A stretch of 64,000 nucleotides of DNA from Hormiphora californensis (lineage: Eukaryota > Animalia > Ctenophora). The notes beneath the pieces were generated by a model that ran no database searches, had not been told where the DNA came from, and saw only the letters and a program-made list of their open reading frames with translations. The DNA is taken from positions 6,138,001 to 6,202,000 of the forward strand of contig CM035359.1 of NCBI GenBank assembly GCA_020137815.1. The letters run 5' to 3'. This document shows, one piece after another, positions 41,701 through 52,076 of this stretch (within the stretch, counting starts at the first letter, position 1; each line of letters opens with the position of its first letter). The position numbers and the translations under genes were made by a program.

Positions 41701-44700
41701 GGTAAGTATGACGTCACGACCTGTTACCATGGTAACCAATGAAAGTTTCATGACATGTTACCATGGTAACCAATAAAATTGTCATGACATGCTACCAAGG
41801 TAACCAGCATTACAAGCATTACACCGTGTAATGTTGTGGCCGTGCAGTGCCGCTGCCTATAGTGGCTGGAATCGAGCAAGTGCCAACCATAATTGTGGTT
41901 GCTCTTAATACTGGTTACCATGGTAACATGTCTTGACACTTTACATGCCTCTTCATGTACCAACTATAGACAACTATTAGACTCTAGTCGAAAGCTCTTA
42001 GCTGCTCTCTCCCCCCACCCACCCATCCTGCTCTCTCTCTCTCTCTCTCAGCTCTCGTCTTCTCGCTCTTTCTCTCTCTCTCAACTTTCCTTGCCCCCTA
42101 CGTACCATGAACCATCACGGCACACTTTCCAGCCAGAAATACTCTCATCCAATCTAGATAAGTGTGAGTCATTTTCAGAATTTCTCCATTTTTAGTTAAT
42201 TGTCAGGTAATCAGCCATGTGTGGTTAATTGTGCGGAGAGAGAGAGAGAGAGAGGAGAAGCGAGAGAGAGAGAGAGGAGAAGATGGGGAGAGATAAAAAA
42301 AGAAGGAAATCTAAAAAGACGTCATCTGCTAGCGTCACAGTGATCACAATGATCTTTAGCGATATCCTCTCAATTAGGCAGCATAGGCTAGCATGTCTAA
42401 TTATTATAATTATCAATCTCACTACTCTCATATTTCGTCAGCTACAGTCTCACTGTACCTATAAATTACCTAGCTCCCTCTCTTCAGGCACGATTCTACA
42501 AGGACGCAGAGATATGAGTCTGGTGCCAACGAGTTTGTAGATACCACAAAGGAGAGCGTTTTCAGGTACACGGTACTAATTGTATTGTGAGAGAATCAGA
42601 GATGAGAGAAGGGCTCCAAATTCATCATAAATGCCAATTGTATTCATGTGTGACTGATGGGTGATTGGAATAATTTCCCCTATTCGAATTCGTCCCTAAT
42701 AACTCCCCTTAGCACGGGGATGATAAAAAAAACTCCCCTTCTCCCCACTTGCAGGGTTCTATCGACAATCAACATATCTAAAAAGGGGAATGGATCTCCC
42801 ATTGTATGGCCGTATCAGTGTTGCTATCAGGACATGAGCAGATACCCCCAATCAGCCTGTTTCGTAAGTTTTATCGGAACCTGTAAATGGCATAGGGAAT
42901 ATAGGGGTATATAACCATGGCAGAGTTAGGGTTTATGAAATCATAACAACTATCCTGCAGGACGTGGTGCAAGAGGAGAAAGTTGTTTTTATTTTGGAGA
43001 CGGTGACAGAATCATGGCTTAGTAAGTAAATAACTATACTAATACTTAGACATTAAATAACCAACTAGGAAAGAAATTAGATAAGATTGACTAGTCACTA
43101 ATGATACGTGAAAGAGTCCTATCTCCGTCTCCCTACCATATATTCAGTCTCCAAGCTGAATACTTAACTCGATTTTAGAATAGCTTTATGACCTTATAGC
43201 ACCCGGGCAGCTGTGACCTATATCAAGTTTCCTCCTCCTATCACGTGGTTCAGAGCTGCCACTATAGTCAAACCAATATCTGGTTCATTACGCTGCAGAA
43301 TCCCAAACAACATGAACCATCATCCCATGAACAACATGCACCTTACATCTACAGACTGCACATTATGAATTCCATGGAACTGCATATAATGGAATATATC
43401 CCGCAGAATATCATTCTGGAATTTCGCCAGGTCTCTCTTTGAAGCTGGGGGTGTAACAGGATCCTTCATTAGAGGGACCTAGCAGCAGGCGCTCTAGTTC
43501 TTTCTTCTTTCTCTCTCCCTCGTTGTAAAGCTAGCTCCTCCTTCCCCTTATTCCTTTCCTTCTCGAGTTTCGAATATTTGTGTGCGTTGATTCCCTATAG
43601 TGGACGTAGTTCACTGTTACGGAGAGACACCATCTGGTTCATTTCAATCCTTCATAGTCTGTCGATCTGTGCTGTCTCTGATCTATATTATACTGTTGGT
43701 CTATGCTATTATAGACCACACTCGTGATTTGCATTTGCTCTCTTTGGTTGCCTGGTAACGAAATACAATCGTGGTCCCTTCTTTCTATTCGGTTCTTGAA
43801 CAGATGCAAATGTTGGTTTTTCAACTTAAGCCTTGTCTATAGTGTTTTACTCTTTACGTACTACGTAGCTACATCAGAAACTATGGTCAGGTTTAGACGA
43901 AGAGGAACTTATAAACCCTGGGAAGGTTGTAAACTCTTTGAATAGACTGTGTATATTTTATCTAGGCACATGTCATGCTAATCTGATCTTTATCACTCCC
44001 AAATATAACAGATCCCCTCCCCCAAACCAGTACCTTTATCACTCCCAAATACAGATCCCCTCCCCCAAACCAGTACCTTTATCACTCCCAAATACAGATC
44101 CCCTCCCCCAAGCCAGTACCTTTGTTGATCCCGCCTAGATCTAGATCAGCCCCGGTTTCCTTTTAACCACTCTGATCCCCTTCTCAGAGAGACAAGATAA
44201 CCTGAACCTAGGGCTGCTAATTGGGGGAATTGTACTATTTATAATAATGGCCATCGTGATCTATATCATTGTGAGAAGGAGGAAGAAGGCTAACAGAAAC
44301 GCAGAATATCAACTCACACAAAATGGAGAATCTGTAAGTTTATTTTGAGTTTTTATCGCGATAAAAACTCAAAAGAAATGTAGACACGTACATACTGTAC
44401 ATCACCAGTTTACTTACTGCCCTACAGGCATCACTGGCGTAAGTAAACTATAATATGACTCTATAATATCAAAATCGCTAAAAGGAAAAAAGACAGAACA
44501 CACCCCGATATATCGGGGTGTGTTCTGTCTTTTTTCCTTTTTTTGTTGACGCCTAGCCTTGTGATATCTCACTAAGCTCTGATGTATGTAGAGCCTGTCT
44601 TAGGTCTATTCTGGTAGTCTAACATCGTTATGTGTGAAACCAAATGTAGACAGAGAGAGTGTGTGAGAAAGATAGAAAGAGAGAGAAAGAGACAGAGAGT

Positions 44701-47700
44701 GACAGAGTGACAGAGAAAGATAGAGAGAGAGAGAGAGAGTGGAATATTTTGCAGCACTACCAAAAGTACATGCAATGCATCGAAAATTATACTTTTGAAA
44801 CAAATTTAGTCATTGCATGATCTGATTCATTCTACCCAGGCCATAAAAATATTTCCATGATGTAAAAGAAAAGGGGTTTTTTTGCCAGTTTTTTTAAAAC
44901 CTTCCAAATTTGGGATTGGGCCCCCAAAGGCCCCCGTCTAAAACCGAAACCCCCAGTATCTTTTGGAAAAATTTGGGAGGGGAAAAAAAAAAAAACTGTT
45001 CTATCTTGTGTTTTTTGACACAATTTTAAAAGAAACCATTCACCAAAAGGGTTAAACTAACGTTTTTATTTTTGGGGAAACAACCGGCAAAAAAGAAAAG
45101 GGCCAAGGGGAAAAAATCATTTAGAGCCGTGAAAAGAGAGGAGAGAGGAGTCGAGAGAGAGTAAGGGAAGAGAGGGGGAAGAGAGGAGGAGGGCATGCAG
45201 GGAGGGAGGAGAAAACCAAATTAGGGGCCAGAAAAATAGAGATGGAGAAGTGAGCAGAGTGGGAAAGCCGGGTTTCCAATAAACTTATCATCTCGTATCC
45301 CCTAGATAATCACCTCCCAATATAAATCTCTCCTTTCTCCCCTCCTCTCTCTCTCTCCCTTTTCCCTCTTTTCTCTTTTTCCTCAAACAAAATTCTCCGT
45401 CTCTCTCCCCTTTTTTTTTTTTGGGTTTTTCGTTGTCTGGGTGGTGGTTAAAATTGCCAAAAACCCAAAATGATCTTGACCCCCTTTCTTAAAATTTGGG
45501 TGGGGATGATTGTCATTTCCTCTCTCTTTATGTCTCTATCTATCTCTCTCTATCGCTCTCTCTTTTATCTCTCTCCCTTGTCTGAATAAGCAGCGGGATC
45601 AACATGTGCTATTTTTACTCTCAAATCCCAAATAAAACTCTCTCTCTCCCTGATTTAATCTAACCCTACGCTCAGGTCAAAACTCTTTCAGGAAGACAAG
45701 CCGGGAGCTAAAAAGGCGAAAATTTGGAAGTTGAGGTTGGTAACAAAGGGTTACCCCTCTGTCGAGGGGGGGGGAAAACAAAACCCGCTACCCGTTTTTA
45801 AGAAAATTCCTTAAAAATTTAACGCTGAAAACGTCCAGGATGGCCCCCCCCAAAAACAATTACAAAATATTACGTAGGGCCCCGATGGCACGCCGGGAAA
45901 TTCCATGTTTTACGCAGTCTGTTATGGGCCCCCACTTACCGCCTCGGAACCCATGCGTCTAGGGACGTTTTGGAAAACCCCCGCAATAACCCCCACCCGC
46001 CCCTTTTTCCCACGCTTATTTCTAGCGCCCCCCGAAGGGGCGCGTGCCTTTTTCCCCCTTTTTTCAAAAAAATTTTAAAAAAAAAAAGTTTTTTAGAGTC
46101 AAAATTTTTAAATTTTCGTTTGAAATCCCAAAACTTGCTCCAACCATTTTGTATTCTCAAATTGAAAAGTTGAAGCTTTGGTCTATGTTCCTTGGGCGTA
46201 GGGGAGACACACTGAAGTTGGGCGCGCTCGCTCAAATCCCAACCTCGCGACACACTGAAGCTCGAAGTCCCGCGAAAACCCATTTCCGGCCGAGAAATCA
46301 CCCGCAAGAGGCCAACCCATCCACTGGCACATCTATCGAGATGTCCCCCATCCATACCGAGCCAATCCCACCGCTTTCGAAACTTTTGGCTAATTCGGTC
46401 ACAGTTGGCCCAATTCACCAAAAATTCCCAAAAACGGTGAAATCGACTCGATATAGACAAAGGACACCTCGAGAGATGCACCAGCAACAAGTTAGCATCC
46501 CCACAAGCGACCCCCCAGCCAAAAAAGGGCCCTCGCGAAACCCCGAACTTTCCTGCGAAACTTCGAACCCCAGTGTGTTTCACGCGGCCGAGAGCCGAAC
46601 GCGAGCGACCAACCTCAGTGTGTTTCCCCCCGTAGAGCAAGTCTGGACAAACTTTTGAACTCGTATAAAGTCACACCGGGCCTTTGCAACTTTTTCTTGT
46701 CACTTTGCAGTCTTTTGAAGCTACTTTTTCTGCTAGAAATGCGTATTTTGCTTATTTTGCTATTATCTTGTTTCCAATAGATTTGGCGCTAAAGCTGTTT
46801 TGAAGAGTCCAATAACGTAAAACGGGCGATAAAAGAGAAACATGCAGTTACTTAACTCTTAGACACTTTCCACTTTTTTGTCACACAAGTTTTGCCCTTG
46901 CACTCAAACTGAAATTATTTATTGTAGAGTTTTTCTAGACTTCAAAATCTTAATGCCCCGTCATTTTAGGGCATATTCTGATATCTGCTTGCATTTTTCT
47001 TTTGAGCTTGCCCAATGCCAGTTGACGGCTTCAAACTGTACGACGGGTCACGGGGTGCATTTAAAGACTCCACTGCGAACACCTCATCTCGGGAGATATA
47101 AAGATGTAGCAATGGTGGCGTTACCTCAACTTAATCTTTAGATTTATAACACACACACTCCACTCTAGGATATGATGTCCTTCTCAATAAGTCAGAAGAG
47201 AATAACCTACAGTTGCAGCAGGGGCGACCTATGACAGACAGGGGAAAGCAATGTGCGATGAAAAAAGTGTCTATAATGGCATCTCAGTATGTAATAAGGT
47301 GAGAGCAACCAGTGTTTAGAAGGCACTCTTTTTTTTCTCTTTGCCCCTATCTCTGTATAGATGCCAATATTTTTTTGGGTAGGTGGTACCACAATCTGAA
47401 CCAATATTTCTCTCTCTCTCTCTATCCCTCTCTCTCCTTGCGTAACAAACATCTTCCCAAACATATTGAATTTAAAGTGAGAGGTGCACGAAAACAAAAG
47501 TCGGAATAATGTATAAAATAAATTGCGTATAACATTTCTTGATGTTCAATTAGAAGATTGGTGAAAAGATGACGTCTCAATGTTGTGTTTGAAATTAACT
47601 AGGAACGTACGTGCAAGCTCCAAACACAAGTTAGAAGCATGGTACCTTCACCAACTTAATTGTTTTGATCCAAGAAAAAGTGAAGGTCTCATGTGTCTGA

Positions 47701-49674
47701 ATTTCAAACACAACATCGAGACGTCATCTTTTCATCAAACTTTTAATTGGACACAAAGGAATGTTACACACAATTAGTTTAGACATAGTATAATAATAAT
47801 AATAATAATTCCAACTTTCGTTTTCGTGCACCTCTCACTTTAAAGGACCTGACCCTTAGTTTATACCTATTTTGACCCGTACTTGAGAGTTGAACGGTCA
47901 GCGTACAAGCTGCTTCTTGCAGAGGTTGCCTGATATTACGATGATCATGAGTCCCATCTCACACAAAGGACTTCTTCCTTCTAATCATTTCCTACCAACC
48001 CCTAACAACACATAACATTCCCAAGATAACAGACGTTTAGAGGGTCGAAGGAAGTAGGAATTACTGTCGATTTGAGAAATTGTGGAATCAGTAACATAGC
48101 ATGAAGTGTCAACCTAACAGATTGGTGAGTTTAAAAGTTTAGCATTCCATTTTTCATTATTGTCACTTTGTGTCACCCTAACCGACAGATACTTATTTTT
48201 GATTATATAAGTTTAAAGTTCCCCATTGGTCTCTACTGCCACACGTCACTTTTTCAGGTATTTATTAACCCAAAGAAGGGAAAGAATACTACATCGCTGC
48301 TGGATAAATATCTGAAGTATTGATGCTGTATTGATAGAATGGCTTGATATGAGAGGAGGAAGTACATAAATGAAACAGATTAATGAAACGGGAAGACAAT
48401 CAATTACAATGTAAGCAGGCTGGGTGACGACGTGAGTATGTAGTTGTAGTAGCCTGACTCCTGAAGAAGGACGTGTGTTACATTGTAACAGGCCTGTGGA
48501 CGTGTGTTTAATAGTAGCAGGCCTGTGGAAATGTGTTAGATTGTAGCAGGCCTTGTATTGGGACGTGTGAACCCCTCCAGCCTCTTCTCCCTTAGTAACA
48601 CCCCTCTCTTCAGATTATCATATCCTGGACAAGGGGAAATGTTGCTATATAGAGGAATTAACTGAAGCTGTGCTAACTCTATGACGAGAGATGATCCACA
48701 GGACCCATGTATCACTGAAGCAAGTGAATCATATCGTTAGATCAGGTATAAACAGTTGAACTCCTATATAGAGACATTGCGGGGAGGGATGCATGGGACA
48801 GGTTGGGTGTTCAATGAACACCCAACCTGTCCCACATCCCTCCACAGAGTGGACCCCTCCCCCCAATTGAACAGTGATCAATGAACGCTGACGGCTGATC
48901 ATTGATCAATGCTCACCTGGCATGGTGTCCAACCAGTTGGCTAGTGGACCCCCCTCCCCCCTCCCCCCGTTCAATAGAGGGACAAAAGGGCATTGTGTCC
49001 AGTGAACACTTGCCCCTCTATTGGGGAGAGTGGACCGCCATAGACAAGATTGTTATAGTATTTAGTTGCGTGCAGGTAGTAGAGAATACATGTAGTGTTT
49101 AGGTAATAGGTATCAGAGAATAGTTCTCGAGGCATTCTGCCTTTCCCCGCTTAAAATTGACCCCTTCCTTAATATAACCTATATTAGTCATTCTCCTATA
49201 AATAACAAAAATATCTCCGTGATTTTAAGGGTAACATTCTCAGAGAACCATGCTCTACTACCTACAACAATGTTGTCCAATTCTATGTCGGTCCCCTCTC
49301 ACCAAGTAACACTTTGTAACATATAACGAAAACATAACGTTCTCTTCTGCACATGTTGCAAAATGTTTCGTGTCACCCCCCCCCCCTTTTACTGTATCGT
49401 TTACACACTCATTTTATTTGCCCTGTCCTCCACCTAAATATCGGGGTGTTCCAGAGAACTTGCTAACCGACAATGTCTCTCAGGTTATCAAAGAAAGCCA
49501 CAACACACAAGCGATGGGAATTAACGACCTTTACTCCGGTTTCCCAGTCTCGATTAAGGCCCTGAATTCCGGACTGTTCTGCTCAATATCTGTTTGAAAA
49601 GAAGCGACCTGATATGCTTGATTCATATGCTGTGAGACTGTGAGAGAGGAAGAGAAGCACTGAGATAGAGAGAT

Positions 49675-49765
<91 letters not shown>

Positions 49766-51141
49766 AACAGAGAGAGAGAGAGGGAGAGAGTGTGTTTATT
49801 GTATGTTGACTAAAATATGTACATAGTAAAATACTTTGTTATAGTTTGACAGGAACACAACCTCCAAACGTTCGAACTAAGTTCCGTGTTTTGACCACTT
49901 TTTAACACATGTATAAAACATGGCCTCCCCTCTACTAAGTTTCTGATCCAGCCTTCTTTGTGTGCCAACACTTAACCCATGGTGCTGCACCCCACAAATC
50001 CGGGTGAAAATGTACCACATGTCACAAATATGCGCTAAACTTTACGTCACGCGCGGAGAGCTCACTAAGGGGTTGGAAACAGACGAAGAAAACTCAGCAG
50101 CATGGGCGCGCGGCGTGTTTTGCACTGCTAACAACTCGTGGACGCGCGGGCGGAAGACTACCTAGACGCATGTCTGTCAGCTCGCTTACGCTCGCCCTTC
50201 GGGCTCGCGTAAGCTCGCACCGGGCCTTCGGCCCGGTGTGAGAGCTGACAGACAAGGAACATGTCAAGCCAGGACATGATATGTCACTAGTCCAAGATTT
50301 TAGCCTCCGAATCTGCTGTTTTTTACCAACTTTGTCGAATTTTCACGGCCAAACTATAACTTAATTTGAATTGATTTTATCACAATTGTGCTAGGTATAG
50401 TCCACAGCACCATCTCACCGAATATGAAGTTTCAAAAACGCGATCTTCATCGAAATTCAACTTCAAAAACAGTGTTAATGATGAAATAACATCAAAATTA
50501 ACATACTACACCATTCTTGAGACAATTTCATGGCTGTAGAAAAAGGATTTAGCCAAATCTGTTTTATGGTTGAGGCGGTATTAATTTTTGAAAAATATGA
50601 AACCGATTCTGTTACCCCTACATAGGGCATTGCAATAGTAAGGCACGTTTTAGCGTGCCCGCAATGTAGGGGGAACTGCGTTACCAAAAGTCTGAGTTAA
50701 TATTTGTTGGTCAAGCATATCGCACGTTCGAGCCTTTGAGCCACAAAAAGTCAATGTGTTTGAAGTGCAAGATGACTGGAGTCAGTTCATACACGTAGCG
50801 CGCGGTGCTCAGTTTATTATGAAAGTCACTGTGACAGAATGAGGTGCGCGCGTTCACATGGTTTGCTTGTCGCGCGCGCGTTTGTTTGTCAGGCGCTGAC
50901 AAGCAATCTGAAGCACACGGTGTCTCCCTTTTTAGAGCCAAATGTTCCTAAACCACTAAATTTCCAACAATTTCAAACTACCATTCTTTCCCAGGACAGG
51001 ACTGGCTACGCGGAGGTGGAATTTGTACCAAAGGGAGGAAAGAAACAGCCGGCGAAAGTAGATAAAAAAGATGACACGAGTTATAGCACCATGAAAATAC
51101 GACCAGTTAGCAATCCCCGATATAACAATGCTGAACTGTGA
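29088..51141 (+). CDS. Immunoglobulin-superfamily type I membrane receptor (~7 Ig domains, TM, tyrosine-motif tail)
   Basis: Exons 29088-29113, 29170-29483, 29623-29804, 29954-30152, 30295-30389, [gap in garbled 30.7-32.3 kb], 34151-34271, 34848-34999, 36037-36164, 36623-36756, 38195-38301, 40032-40181, 40724-40876, 41602-41701, 42488-42565, 42755-42863, 42961-43021, 44188-44333, [probable garbled 45676-45739], 47213-47298, 50995-51141. Phases match within each block. Signal peptide MFVLTALLWLVNEATC. Ig motifs VKLNCIA..YTWY..FQCAA, DNGPYFCRA, VTLTCEARGYPLPKV..DNGRYECVASN, HCVVEGNPAPSKIFW. TM LGLLIGGIVLFIIMAIVIYIIV followed by RRRKK. Confidence 0.85.
30680..32350. other. Low-quality homopolymer-inflated consensus hiding Ig-gene exon(s)
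   Basis: Homopolymer runs. The flanking exons end in phase 0 (30389) and resume in phase 1 (34151), so at least one exon is missing. Confidence 0.8.
34690..34836 (+). repeat. 14-bp tandem repeat CCCTAATTCTGAAT upstream of acceptor 34847
   Basis: About 8 imperfect units, most carrying a CTAAT branch-point-like motif. Confidence 0.75.
35095..35176. repeat. Perfect 82-bp palindrome
   Basis: TGTGACTGACTGACTGAGTTCAAATAACTCAATGATTTCTT|AAGAAATCATTGAGTTATTTGAACTCAGTCAGTCAGTCACA, no spacer. Confidence 0.9.
35908..36016. mobile_element. hAT-type MITE (109 bp), copy 3
   Basis: Same TIRs. TSD ACCATTGT/ACCATTAT (one mismatch). Ends 20 nt before the acceptor at 36036. Confidence 0.85.
36743..36965 (+). 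repeat. 36-bp minisatellite containing six copies of exon end and donor
   Basis: Unit GGGATCAATCAGAG|GTAATATATGAGGGGAGGTTGA. The first copy is the functional junction at 36756/36757; the last copy has lost the GT. Confidence 0.9.
40249..40760 (+). repeat. 72-bp minisatellite containing seven copies of branch point, pyrimidine tract, acceptor and exon start
   Basis: Unit CACCTAACCACCTCCCCCTAACCCTCTCCCTCGCTCCTCAG|AGTCCTCCTGTAGACGGAGACCGGGGAATAA. AG intact at 40288, 40360, 40505, 40577 and 40722 (functional); two units have lost the AG. Confidence 0.92.
43988..44122 (+). repeat. ~43-bp tandem repeat x3
   Basis: TTTATCACTCCCAAATACAGATCCCCTCCCCCAAACCAGTACC repeated upstream of the TM-exon acceptor. 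Confidence 0.8.
44830..46650. other. Low-quality consensus segment
   Basis: Homopolymer-inflated and garbled GA/TC sequence. Contains a probable error-bearing 64-nt exon 45676-45739 (CTAAC..CTCAG|GTC ... GTTG|GTAAC) that would supply the required phase 0 to 1 switch. Confidence 0.65.
47476..47839. mobile_element. 364-bp foldback MITE with TTAA TSD (Kolobok-like)
   Basis: TTAA|AGTGAGAGGTGCACGAAAAC ... GTTTTCGTGCACCTCTCACT|TTAA. Long internal inverted match TGAAAAGATGACGTCTCAATGTTGTGTTTGAAATT / AATTTCAAACACAACATCGAGACGTCATCTTTTCA. AG start with TTAA TSD fits Kolobok rather than piggyBac (CCY). Confidence 0.8.
49660..49790 (+). repeat. (GA)n microsatellite
   Basis: Long GA run. Confidence 0.9.
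50171..50254. repeat. T-shaped (two-armed) hairpin repeat
   Basis: Outer stem TGTCTGTCAGCTC/GAGCTGACAGACA enclosing two hairpins with TTC loops. Related copies at 53757-53830 and 53843-53897. Confidence 0.8.
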
Positions 51142-52076
51142 AAAGCTAAAGGAAATCGAGAGACACTTTTGACGTGAAATAAATTATTGATTCCCAATTC
51201 CCACTACACCATTTTTTAATATCTTGAGACTGTCAAGTTGAGAGGAAAGAAACTGATACTATTACTACTACTAGGGGCGAAACTGGATATGCTAGTTTTG
51301 TATTTAGCTGATCGTATTAAAATATAGGCTTGTAGCGCTAGAGAACTATAATTTCGGCCGGGCCGTTTTAGTTAATTTTGTTTTTCTTCAAAAAACCCTA
51401 ATTATATACTGGCTGAGAGATCGGGAGAGGTTATAATAATAATATTGTTTACCCTTCTTTTTGTTATGTTCTACCAGTGGTAGTACCACACACCACATAT
51501 TTGCATGACGTGCTACGTTTTTCTATTGCGTTATTCTCTTTCACCCACTTGAACTCCAGTGTTTATTATATGACGCAAAGAAGCCACTTTATTCCCACAC
51601 AATATCTGCTTTCATTCTCTCCAAAAAGTGGCTTCCTTGTAAACAGTAAAAACAGTTTAATTTCAAATGGTAATCAGAATGGTTAAAATGTATTAAAGAA
51701 GGTCATCTGTATTTACAAAATAAATTATATCACTACTAAGGTATAAAGATACATCGCTAAAAGAATATAATTCACCCTTTAATATATATCGACTGCATTG
51801 AATAACACGGCCTAAAAACGGAGTATTTGATTATTTGATAGGGGTCCGTTTTTTATTACATGCACTACAGTCCGTCTAAAATATCTAATAACACTACAAA
51901 ATCACCAAAAAACAAACCCCCAGGATTGTCTTGTTGTTGGTCAAAAGAACTAAAAGATGCATCTAGATACATGTAGATTTCTTTACAGGGATTTTCCAGC
52001 AATACAATCTGTCATGCAAATTCAATACCCATTTCACACGTACAGTTTCAATGTTAGTAACATGTTAGTAACATTG

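Noticed and set aside
45936-46658. Overlapping 234-aa and 204-aa ORFs
   Set aside because: Lie in a garbled, repeat-like segment with no recognisable domain.
48614-48745. Selenocysteine read-through of the single TGA in DYHILDKGKCCYIEELTEAVLTL*REMIHR
   Set aside because: No redox motif or recognisable SECIS, and neighbouring exon-like segments contain TAA/TAG stops.
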